A stretch of 64,000 bases of DNA from contig CBDCOH010000002.1 of the NCBI GenBank assembly GCA_965219685.1, positions 3,616,001 to 3,680,000 of the forward strand, in the 5' to 3' direction. Within the stretch, counting starts at the first letter, position 1; each line of letters starts with the position of its first letter. Shown here piece after piece: positions 28,560 through 36,938 of this stretch. This DNA comes from Candidatus Spongiisociaceae bacterium (GTDB taxonomy: Bacteria > Actinomycetota > Acidimicrobiia > Spongiisociales > Spongiisociaceae). The notes under the pieces were generated by a model that saw only the letters and a program-made list of their open reading frames with translations, ran no database searches and was not told the origin of the DNA. The position numbers and the translations under genes are program-made.

Positions 28560-29582
28560 ATGGCTCAGGTGACAACGGTTCGGGGTCCGGTTGAGGGATC
28601 GGAACTCGGCGTGACGCTGTCTCACGAGCATGTCCTCATCTCGATGGCCTACGCGTTCCCGGCAGCCGGCCCGGAGGCGACCAGGCCCATCACGATGGAC
28701 CAGTTGGGCGTGTTGCGCAACGACATGATGCGTAACGTGAACACCATCACCCTGGACGAGTCCTGCGACCCGGTGGGCGAGTTGACCAGGGCCCGGGAGG
28801 CAGGGGTGGACACCATCGTCGACCTGACGCCTCCCGAGTTGAGCCGCAATCCGGCGGGGCTGGCCCGCATCTCCGAGGCATCCGGGGTCAACATCATCTG
28901 CGGGACGGGCCACTACCTGCGGCTCCAGCAGCGCCGGGAGACCAAGCGATTCATCGACGAGTCCCCCCCGGAGGCGATCGCCGAGCCGATGATCCGGGAT
29001 CTCACCGAGGGCATCGGCGATACGGGGATACGGGCGGGTGTGATAGGCGAGATCGGGCTCTTCTCACCGGTCCATCCGGGCGAACTGAAGACCCTGCAAG
29101 CGGCGGTGCTGGCCCACCGGGCGACCGGCGCGCCGCTGTTCGTGCACCTGATGGAGGTGCCGATCGCCGAGTACGCCCTTGAGGTGTTGGACCGGGTGGA
29201 GCCGGTCTGGGAGCGGGTGGTGTTCTGCCACATGGACTTCGATATCCGGGATCTCACCTGGCACCGCCGGGCCCTGGAGCGGGGTGTCAACGTGGAGTTC
29301 GACTTCTTTGGTTCCACCTGGTGGCCTCACGAGTGGTACCTGCACTTCCCCACCGACCCGCAACGTCTGACCGCCCTCAGCCGGTTGGCCGACGAGGGGT
29401 ACGGCGGCCAGCTGCTCGTCAGCCACGACGTCTGTACGCGCCTCCAATTGACGGCGTACGGGGGATTCGGCTATGGGTACCTGCGCTCGGTGGTTCCCGG
29501 GATGATCGACGCCCTGGGCCTCGACCCCGCACTCCTGGACCAGTTCATGGTGGAGAACACACGCCGGATACTCACGGGATAG
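28560..29582 (+). CDS. Phosphotriesterase-family (PTER-like) protein #2
   Basis: TVRGP, LGVTLSHEH, GIRAGVIGEIG, VH, CHMD, SHDVC, YGGFGY. Confidence 0.92.
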   Translation: MAQVTTVRGPVEGSELGVTLSHEHVLISMAYAFPAAGPEATRPITMDQLGVLRNDMMRNVNTITLDESCDPVGELTRAREAGVDTIVDLTPPELSRNPAGLARISEASGVNIICGTGHYLRLQQRRETKRFIDESPPEAIAEPMIRDLTEGIGDTGIRAGVIGEIGLFSPVHPGELKTLQAAVLAHRATGAPLFVHLMEVPIAEYALEVLDRVEPVWERVVFCHMDFDIRDLTWHRRALERGVNVEFDFFGSTWWPHEWYLHFPTDPQRLTALSRLADEGYGGQLLVSHDVCTRLQLTAYGGFGYGYLRSVVPGMIDALGLDPALLDQFMVENTRRILTG

Positions 29583-29640
29583 TGGCTGGTGGCTGGTGAC
29601 TGGTCGTCAGTTGTCCGTTGTCCGAGGAGCGTTAGCCGCC

Positions 29641-29692
29641 TCACCATTCACCATTCACCATTCACCATTCACCATTCACCATTCACCACTCA
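29641..29692 (-). repeat. Heptamer tandem array (RTGGTGA)7 starting at the aminotransferase stop codon
   Basis: (TCACCAT)6 TCACCAC TCA on the + strand. Confidence 0.95.
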
Positions 29693-30955
29693 GGCGAATC
29701 CCCGAGCGGTCGAAACCTCGGCGATCGCCTCCGACAGCCCGTCGAGCATGATGTCGATTTCGGACTCGGTGATGACGAACGGGGGGGATATCTGCAGGAC
29801 GCCGTAGGCGCCCCGCAGGCCGATGGTGATGATTCCCCGCCTCAGAGCGGCGCGGACCACTGCGTCCAGCAGGCCCGGATCCTCTTGGAGGGCGTCCTCG
29901 GATAGGACTACTGCAGCGAGTAGGCCCGCGGACCGTGTTCCGTCCACTACCGGGTGGGAGACCAGCCTGCCGACCCCGTCAGCCAGGACCGGGTCGAGCT
30001 CCGCGACCCGCGATGCGAGGCCCTCCCGCTCGATGATCGACAGATTGGCGAGGGCGGCCGAACAGGAGGCGGCGTGGCCCGAATAGGTGTAACCGTGGCG
30101 GAAGGCGGCCTCGCCCTTCCAGAACGGTTCGCGTATGCGGGGGGAGATGAGGATCCCGCCCAGAGGTGCGTACCCGGAGGTCACCCCCTTGGCGAAGGCG
30201 ATCACGTCGGGCGTGAAACCGTAGTGCTGGCATCCGAAGTCCCGGCCGACCCTTCCGAACCCGGTGATCACCTCGTCGGTGAACAGCAGCACGTCGTGAG
30301 CCCGGCATAGGCGTTCGATCTCCGGCCAGTACCCGTCCTCGGGCGGGACGACACCACCCGACCCGATGACCGGTTCCCCGACGAAGGCGGCTATCCGGTC
30401 GGCCTCCCGTTCGAACAAGTCGGCCACCGCTCCCGTGTCGTGGGTGGGTACATGCACGACATGGGGTACCAGCGGCCCTCCGTACCCCTCGTTGTTGGAG
30501 GGGAGGCCCCCCAGTTCGGTGCCCCAGGCGTTCATGCCGTGATAGCTCAACTCGCGGGCCACGATTGTCCGCTTCTCCGGCCTCCCCACCGCGTTCCAGT
30601 ACCGGCGAATCAGCTTGGCGCCGGTCTCGATCGCGTCGCTGCCTCCGGTGGTCATGAACACAACCGCGTCGTCGATCGGTGCCATGTCCGTCAGCCGGTC
30701 GGCCAGCTCCGCGGTGGGAGGTGTGGTGGTGAAGCCCATGGTGGAGTAGGCCGCCAACTGTGCCATCTGCTTGGCCACCGCGTCGGCTATCTCCCTGCGA
30801 CCATGTCCGACGTTGCAGTACCAGAGCGCAGCGGTGGCGTCGAGGTACCGGCGTCCCTCCGTGTCGTAGATCCATACCCCCTCGCCCCGGTTGATCACGA
30901 GCTCGTTGCCGGGGACCAGGCTCATGTCGGCATAGCCGTGCCAGAAGTTGGTCAT
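29690..30955 (-). CDS. Class III PLP aminotransferase (omega-amino acid:pyruvate type)
   Basis: GRRYLDATAALW..NVGHGR, GGSDA, SYHG, EPVIGSGG, DEVITGFGR, FAKGVTSGY, HGYTYSGH; ATGA coupling to the upstream PTE gene. Confidence 0.92.
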   Translation of the reverse strand: MTNFWHGYADMSLVPGNELVINRGEGVWIYDTEGRRYLDATAALWYCNVGHGRREIADAVAKQMAQLAAYSTMGFTTTPPTAELADRLTDMAPIDDAVVFMTTGGSDAIETGAKLIRRYWNAVGRPEKRTIVARELSYHGMNAWGTELGGLPSNNEGYGGPLVPHVVHVPTHDTGAVADLFEREADRIAAFVGEPVIGSGGVVPPEDGYWPEIERLCRAHDVLLFTDEVITGFGRVGRDFGCQHYGFTPDVIAFAKGVTSGYAPLGGILISPRIREPFWKGEAAFRHGYTYSGHAASCSAALANLSIIEREGLASRVAELDPVLADGVGRLVSHPVVDGTRSAGLLAAVVLSEDALQEDPGLLDAVVRAALRRGIITIGLRGAYGVLQISPPFVITESEIDIMLDGLSEAIAEVSTARGFA

Positions 30956-31998
30956 GTCACCTCCATGGTGAGAAGCCGTTTCGTATTCTCGACGAGGATC
31001 CTGTCGAGCGCGGCATCGGGGATCCCCGCCTTGCGCATCCGGGGCACCACCGTGTCGAGGATGTGCCCGAAGCCGTGACCCCCGTAGGCCCTTAGCTGGA
31101 ACTTCATGCACATGTCGGTGGAGATCAACACCTGATCCGCCCATCCCCTATCGACCAGGGAGGCAACGCCGGCTATGCGGTCACGGTCGGCGGGGAAGTC
31201 CCACCCGCCGTAGGCGTCGGTGGTCATCTCCAGGCCGAAGCAGTCCATCTCGAGCGTGACGCCCCGGCTCAGCAGCCGATCCTGGTATTCGTGATCGAGG
31301 TAGCTCAGGTCCTGGTGGCTGAGGATCACGCGGCTCAATTCGGCACCGGTCTCGTGGAGGATGTCGGCGGCTCGCCAGCAGAGGTCCTCGCGGCCGGGTC
31401 CGTACGGAACATGGACGTTGAGGGGCGCTCCGGTGGCCTGCTGGGCCAGCGCGGCGCCCCTCAACGACTTCTCCTCGGCGGATGTGCCGTTCTGGAACCC
31501 GATCTCGCCGATTATCCCCGCCCGGATGCCGGTCTCGCCGAAGCCCTCTGTGACATGGGTGACGATCTCGCCGGCGATGTCCTCTTCGGACAGATCGGCC
31601 ATCTCCGGCGGATGGCTCTCGTCGATGTAGTACCCGGCGCCGAGGACCACGTTGAGCCTGCTCTCCCGGGCTATCCGGGCCACGGTCTCGGGCCGCGGGT
31701 CGAGACCACGGCTGGTGAGATCGACCAGCGTGCGCCCGCCGGCGGCCGTGAAGGGGCGGAGTTCGTCCAATATCAGGCTCGGGTCGTCCAGCAGGAGGTT
31801 GTCCCGGTTGGTGTTGCAGTTGGAGATGACCCTCCAGCGGTTGTCGACGGTGAAGGTCCGGGCGGCCCACTCCTCGGCCTCCGGATCGGAGGGTTCCTCC
31901 ATGTAGAGGGTCAGATCGCAGAGCAGGTGCTCATGCGGAAGCGTCGTCCCGGCCTCTTGGGGCGGGATCGGTCCGAGCACCGTCTGTATGGCCGGCAT
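30952..31998 (-). CDS. Phosphotriesterase-family (PTER-like) protein #3
   Basis: IQTVLG, TLPHEH, NLLLDD, GIRAGIIGEIG, SHQD, STDMC, YGGHG..HIL..VVPRM. Confidence 0.92.
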   Translation of the reverse strand: MPAIQTVLGPIPPQEAGTTLPHEHLLCDLTLYMEEPSDPEAEEWAARTFTVDNRWRVISNCNTNRDNLLLDDPSLILDELRPFTAAGGRTLVDLTSRGLDPRPETVARIARESRLNVVLGAGYYIDESHPPEMADLSEEDIAGEIVTHVTEGFGETGIRAGIIGEIGFQNGTSAEEKSLRGAALAQQATGAPLNVHVPYGPGREDLCWRAADILHETGAELSRVILSHQDLSYLDHEYQDRLLSRGVTLEMDCFGLEMTTDAYGGWDFPADRDRIAGVASLVDRGWADQVLISTDMCMKFQLRAYGGHGFGHILDTVVPRMRKAGIPDAALDRILVENTKRLLTMEVT

Positions 31999-32018
31999 CG
32001 TTCCCGCGTGTGGCCCGC

Positions 32019-33209
32019 TCAGGCAGCGCCCCGCACGCGGATCGGCAGACGCCAGAGTCCGTGCAGTTCGCCTCGAGGCAGGATCGTCGGCTCGGTGTCG
32101 CCGCCGGTTTTCACCTCCCAGTGGGGGAGGGCGGCGAGGGCTTCCTCGAGCGCGACCCTTATCTCGAGGCGGGCGAGCATGGCGCCGAGGCAGAGGTGGC
32201 GGCCGGTCCCGAATGACAGATGCCTCGCCTTTCGCCCGAGCATGAAGCGCAGCGGGTCGGGGTAGGTTCCGGCGTCGACGTTTCCCCCGGCGTAGCACAT
32301 GGCGACCGCTGATCCCTTCGGGATGACACAGCCGCCCATCTCGACGTCGGTCATGGTCTGGCGTCCCAGGAGGGTGACCGGGGCTCGCAGGCGGAGCAAC
32401 TCCTCGATGGCGAGCGTCATGTTCACCGAGGGCTGCCGCAGCAGGTCCTGGTCGTCCGGATGGGTGCCCAGATGGTGCATGCTGTTGGCGATGCCGTTGA
32501 CCGTCGTCTCGACCCCCGCCAGGTAGGCGAGCGATCCGAAACCCAGGATCTCCACGTCGTTGAGCTTCCGGCCGTTCATACGGCTGGCGGCCAGGAACGA
32601 GAAGTAGCTGGACTCGCCGCCCCGGTCGCCGGACATCCGGTCGTGGACGTACTCGATCAGCCCGTAGCGGGACTGGTCGGCCACCTCCTGGCCGGCGGTG
32701 CGACCGACGAACGTACCCTCGGCGTACTCCATGAACCGCTCCGAGTCGCTCACCGGGACCGCCAGGAACCGGGCCAGCGCCTTCATCACGTACGGGAGGG
32801 CGAAGTCCTGCACGGCGTCCCCGCCGCCGGCCTCGGCCAGCTTGGCGAGCAACTTGCGGGCATCGTTGCGCAGGGCAGGCTCGAGCGGCATCACATGGTC
32901 GCGCCCGAACCAGGGGGCGACGAGAGCCCGGTACTTGGTGTGCTCGGGAGGGTCGCTGCCCACCGGAAGCTCAACGATGGCCGCCTCGGGTGGCCACTGG
33001 GCATGGATTCTGGACGGCGCGAGGCCCGCGGACGAGAAACTCTGCCAGTCGAGCAGGGCAGCCCGGACATCCGCGTAGCGGGTCAGAAGCCAGTAGCCGC
33101 CCTTGGCGCTGGTGTGCAGGACCGGCTGCTCCTGATGGATGCGGGTGAGCACCTCGTGGGGGTTGAGGTAGAAGGAGGGGTGATCGTGGTCGAGGGAGGA
33201 AAGGTCCAT
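32019..33209 (-). CDS. Cytochrome P450
   Basis: DPPEH..YR, AGVETT (I-helix), EELLR (ExxR), HLSFGTGRHLCLG heme Cys. Confidence 0.95.
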   Translation of the reverse strand: MDLSSLDHDHPSFYLNPHEVLTRIHQEQPVLHTSAKGGYWLLTRYADVRAALLDWQSFSSAGLAPSRIHAQWPPEAAIVELPVGSDPPEHTKYRALVAPWFGRDHVMPLEPALRNDARKLLAKLAEAGGGDAVQDFALPYVMKALARFLAVPVSDSERFMEYAEGTFVGRTAGQEVADQSRYGLIEYVHDRMSGDRGGESSYFSFLAASRMNGRKLNDVEILGFGSLAYLAGVETTVNGIANSMHHLGTHPDDQDLLRQPSVNMTLAIEELLRLRAPVTLLGRQTMTDVEMGGCVIPKGSAVAMCYAGGNVDAGTYPDPLRFMLGRKARHLSFGTGRHLCLGAMLARLEIRVALEEALAALPHWEVKTGGDTEPTILPRGELHGLWRLPIRVRGAA

Positions 33210-33269
33210 GAACCAGCATACCCAGAGCGCCCCTCCCGGGGTCGGCCCGGACCGTCTTTTCGTCAGCGG

Positions 33270-33494
33270 TCAGTAACGCTCGGCGCGACCTTCGTCCAAC
33301 GCATCCAGCACGTCGTCGGCCCGGACGCCAAGATCCGGGAGGGTCCCGAAGACGGACGGGTTGAGAGCCAGGCGGGTAGATGCAGCCAGCTCGCGCACCG
33401 CCATCTCGGAAACCGACAATCCTGCCTCCTCGGCGAGCAGCTTCAGATCGTCGACCACGTCATCAGGTACGTATCGCAAGTACAGGGTTCCCAT
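33270..33494 (-). CDS. Orphan RHH antitoxin (FitA/VapB-like)
   Basis: MGTLYLRYVPDDV...L..LA...GLSVS...REL; no PIN-domain toxin gene follows. Confidence 0.7.
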   Translation of the reverse strand: MGTLYLRYVPDDVVDDLKLLAEEAGLSVSEMAVRELAASTRLALNPSVFGTLPDLGVRADDVLDALDEGRAERY

Positions 33495-33597
33495 ATTGCA
33501 CAATGCTAGGAGTAGCCTACGAGTCTGTCAGTCATATCCAACAGTGGCCCCTCTCTACGTTCTATAGCACTATACGAAGCTACGTTCGAACGACAAT

Positions 33598-33698
33598 TCA
33601 CCATTCACCATTCACCATTCACCATTCACCATTCACCATTCACCATTCACCATTCACCATTCACCATTCACCATTCACCATTCACCATTCACCACTCA
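33598..33698 (-). repeat. Heptamer array (RTGGTGA)14 overlapping the PTE #4 C-terminus
   Basis: (TCACCAT)13 + TCACCAC; encodes the final SGEW* of the gene. Confidence 0.95.
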
Positions 33699-34752
33699 GT
33701 ATTCGCCGGGGGTTCTCCACGGTCATGTTGCGGATCTGGCGCTCGGTGACCCCGCGCTCGCGGAGCATCGGGATGGCGTGCTGTAGGACGAACGAGTAGC
33801 CGTCGCCGCCGTAGGACTTCCAGCGGATCTTGATGCCGACATCGTGGGACATCACCAACCGGCGGTCGTAGCCCTCCCGGCACAGGGTGGCGATGGCGTC
33901 GACCCGCTCGATGTCGGTCGGCATGGCGAAGCCCCCCATGAATGCCGACTCGCTGATCCCCTCGCAGCCGAACAGGTCGTACGAGAGGGTGATCCCCCGT
34001 GCCAGCAGGCGCCGGTGGTAGTCGAGGTCGTGCAACGTCATGTCGCAGTGGCTCAGGTAGAAGCGGTCGAGGTCGGCGCCCTCCTCCTCGATCAGGTCCA
34101 CGTACGACTCGCCGACCTTCGCCAGTCCTCCCGAGTCCGGGTCGTGGATCGAGGGGTGGAAGGTGAAGCCGACCCCGGTGCGGATCTGGGCCCGGCAGGC
34201 GGCCCGCAGCACCTTCTCCTCCTCCGGGTGGTGGGGGACGGGTTCGGTGCATGCGCACTCTCCGATCGCTCCGGCCCTGATGCCGGTGTCCTCGATTCCC
34301 TCCTCGAGTTCCCCGACCATGAGCCCGGCGATCTCGTCGACCGTCATGCCGGCCAGCCAGGGCGGATGCACCGTTTGCTTGTAGAACCCCGTGGTGGCGA
34401 TGATGTTGACGCCACTCTGGCGGGACACGCGGCGCAACCCCCGTACATCCCGACCCAGACCCCAGGTCGTGTTCTCGACGACTGTCGTCCCTCCCCACTG
34501 CCGGTAGTCGGCCAATGCCTCGGCGACCCGGTCCTCGTCGTCGAGCATCAGGTTGGTCCGGTTCGGGGCGCCCTTCCGCAAGGCGCCGAGTATCTCGATG
34601 GAGATGTCCGCGTCCCAGAGTTCGTGAGTGCTCGGATCACCATGTTGCTCGTACAGGGCGATCTGATTGCTGATCAGCACGTGCTCGTGTAGCAGCACCG
34701 TCCCGAGATCCCCTGGGGCGACCGGCCCCGTGACCGTCTGAACGGCGCTCAT
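33682..34752 (-). CDS. Phosphotriesterase-family (PTER-like) protein #4
   Basis: VQTVTGP, LLHEH, NLMLDD, VVENTT.GLGRD, GIRAGAIGE, SHCD, SHDVG, YGG.GY; start 34752 or 34767. Confidence 0.92.
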   Translation of the reverse strand: MSAVQTVTGPVAPGDLGTVLLHEHVLISNQIALYEQHGDPSTHELWDADISIEILGALRKGAPNRTNLMLDDEDRVAEALADYRQWGGTTVVENTTWGLGRDVRGLRRVSRQSGVNIIATTGFYKQTVHPPWLAGMTVDEIAGLMVGELEEGIEDTGIRAGAIGECACTEPVPHHPEEEKVLRAACRAQIRTGVGFTFHPSIHDPDSGGLAKVGESYVDLIEEEGADLDRFYLSHCDMTLHDLDYHRRLLARGITLSYDLFGCEGISESAFMGGFAMPTDIERVDAIATLCREGYDRRLVMSHDVGIKIRWKSYGGDGYSFVLQHAIPMLRERGVTERQIRNMTVENPRRILSGEW

Positions 34753-34767
34753 CGCGGGCCCCGCCAT

Positions 34768-34872
34768 TCACCACTCACTACTCACCATTCACCACTCACC
34801 ATTCACCATTCACCATTCACCACTCACTACTCACCATTCACCATTCACCATTCACCATTCACCATTCACCAC
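34768..34872 (-). repeat. Heptamer array, 15 units (TCACCAT/TCACCAC/TCACTAC), between the Ldh_2 and PTE #4 genes
   Basis: Direct reading; supplies SGEW* of the Ldh_2 gene. Confidence 0.95.
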
Positions 34873-35905
34873 TCGGGATCGAGTATTGCCTGAGAACCGA
34901 CAGGATTCCCTGCCAGGTGGCCTCCACCAACTCGATCGGCCGGTCCCGGTTGGCGGCCCGGGCCTTCGCCTCGATCTCCCCCGGGTACATGATGGGCCTC
35001 GACTCGTCGCGCAGCCGGGTGCCTTTGAGGTGGTCGGTCATGATCGATGCCCGCCGCTTCGCCTCCTCGATGGGCACGAAGCGCTCCGGGTCGAGCACGA
35101 TGATCATGGAGTCGTTGCTGAAGGAGTCGGTCGGGTCTCCGGGTATGCCTCCCCCGGACAGGACCCCGCCGAAGAGGTCAACCATGAACGCCAGGGCGTA
35201 GCCCTTGTGGCCCTCCTCCCGGCCCAGCGGAAGGATGGCGCCGCCGCCGTAGAAGTCGTCGGGGTCGGTGGTGGGATTGCCGTCGGAGTCGATGATCCAC
35301 CCCGCCGGGGTCTGCTCGCCGCGGAACCTGTACATGCGTACCTTGCCCTCCGCCACCACCGAGGTCGCCATGTCCATCAGGAAAGGTCCTGCGTAGGCGG
35401 ACGGGAAGGACATGGCCACCGGGTTGGAGTTCAGTTTCCGCTCGGTGCCGCCGAACGGCGCCTGGTTGATGCCGTGTCCGCCCCCGCAGGTGAAGATGAT
35501 CGACGCCATGTCGCAGCCGGCCACCTTCTCGGCATAGCGGCCCAGGCGACCGATGTGCTTCACCCGGCGCATCGTCACCGAGCCGATTCCAGTGGTGCGG
35601 GCCTTCTCGATAGCCAGGTCGGTGGCGAACGTGGCGACTACCTGGCCGAACGCCCAGTTTCCGTCTACCCGCGCCGTCGAGGCGGATTCCGACACTATCC
35701 GGGGACCGGCGTCCGGGATCAACTCGCCCCGGTCGATGGCGTCGACGTACTCGCGCAGGCGCAGGACCCCGTGCGAGTGGTGCCCGATGGTGTCGTTGTC
35801 CACCAGGTGGTCGGCTACGACCCGGGCGGCGGCATCCGAGGCTCCCGCAGCCTGCAGCGCGGTGGCGCACATGTCCTCGAGATGTTCCCTCCGGATCCTC
35901 GGCAC
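34859..35905 (-). CDS. Ldh_2-family (type 2 malate/L-lactate; ComC/AllD/HcxB-like) oxidoreductase
   Basis: GHHSHG, VDG..AFGQ, HIGRLG.Y, PFGG, NP, DMATS, GHKGY.LA, YPGE. Confidence 0.9.
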   Translation of the reverse strand: MPRIRREHLEDMCATALQAAGASDAAARVVADHLVDNDTIGHHSHGVLRLREYVDAIDRGELIPDAGPRIVSESASTARVDGNWAFGQVVATFATDLAIEKARTTGIGSVTMRRVKHIGRLGRYAEKVAGCDMASIIFTCGGGHGINQAPFGGTERKLNSNPVAMSFPSAYAGPFLMDMATSVVAEGKVRMYRFRGEQTPAGWIIDSDGNPTTDPDDFYGGGAILPLGREEGHKGYALAFMVDLFGGVLSGGGIPGDPTDSFSNDSMIIVLDPERFVPIEEAKRRASIMTDHLKGTRLRDESRPIMYPGEIEAKARAANRDRPIELVEATWQGILSVLRQYSIPSGEW

Positions 35906-36017
35906 CGTCCGGCTCCCTTTCGATCGGATCGTCGGACGGGCTGTGCTCCGCCCTGATCAGCCCCAAGTACTGTACTGCCTTGCAGGTTCCGGAGAACGGG
36001 TGTCATGGAGGTGAAGG

Positions 36018-36746
36018 ATGCAGGAAGCGACACCGGTAACCGCTTCAACCCTCGATCTGCTTCGGCGGTTCGACACGCCCACCATCTGCAACGTGATCGA
36101 GCTGTTCGATGTCAGACCCCGCGACCAGGGCTACATGGACCACCGCGTCCGCTGTGCCTTTCCAGAGATGCCCCCGATGGTCGGTCTTGCCGCGACGGCG
36201 GCATTTCGATCGGCGGGCGAGCCGTCGGCGACCGACGTGTATGGCTCCTTCGAGGAGCAGATCGAACTGTTCGAAGCCCTCGACGGCCCGCCGGTGGTCG
36301 TCTACCAGGACCTCGACGATCCACCCGCCGCGGCGGTGTTCGGGGAGGTCATGTGCACTACGTACCGGACCTTCGGAGCTGTGGGCCTCGTGACTAACGG
36401 CGGCGGGCGGGACCTCGACCAGGTGAGGGCGCTCGACTTTCCGGTCTTCACGGGGTCCACCATCAGCGCGCACGGGTACTGCCGCAGCCTGCACGTCGGG
36501 CTGCAGGTCAGGGTGGGCGGCCTGGTTGTCAACACCGGCGACCTGCTTCACGGTGATCTGAACGGCGTCACCAGCATCCCCAGGAACATCGCCGCCGAGG
36601 TGGCGGAGGTGGCCGCCGACTTCGTGGCCGCCGAGGCGATCGTCCTGGACTACCTCAACGGTCCGGGTACCAAGACCCGGGCCGGGTTCTCCGATGCGTT
36701 CGCCGAGTTCCGGGCGGCGGTCGCCGACCTACGGGCGGCCATTTGA
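36018..36746 (+). CDS. RraA-like / HMG-CHA aldolase family protein
   Basis: DTPTICN, MVG.A.T, AVFGEVM, VTNGGGRD, GDLLHGD.NGV..IP. Confidence 0.85.
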   Translation: MQEATPVTASTLDLLRRFDTPTICNVIELFDVRPRDQGYMDHRVRCAFPEMPPMVGLAATAAFRSAGEPSATDVYGSFEEQIELFEALDGPPVVVYQDLDDPPAAAVFGEVMCTTYRTFGAVGLVTNGGGRDLDQVRALDFPVFTGSTISAHGYCRSLHVGLQVRVGGLVVNTGDLLHGDLNGVTSIPRNIAAEVAEVAADFVAAEAIVLDYLNGPGTKTRAGFSDAFAEFRAAVADLRAAI

Positions 36747-36938
36747 CGACGCGTTTCGTCCCCCTGAGTGGTCTCGGGCACCGAAAACGGGGCTCTAGCT
36801 GGTGGGATTCCCCACAGTTTCGGGGATCGCTTAGAGTGCTGCCGGTGGGACGTACGGTGATTGACGTTCCCGAACTGTTGTTGCTGCCGTGACCGGTTTG
36901 CCGTTGAGACTGCCGGGAGAGAAGGCGAAGGAGTGAGC

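Noticed and set aside
33380-33799. His-rich ORF with (TIHHSPF)n; similar ORFs at 29589 and 51036
   Set aside because: Translation artefact of the stop-free strand of the heptamer repeat.
33598-34872. Heptamer arrays as CRISPR arrays
   Set aside because: Contiguous 7-nt units with no unique spacers.
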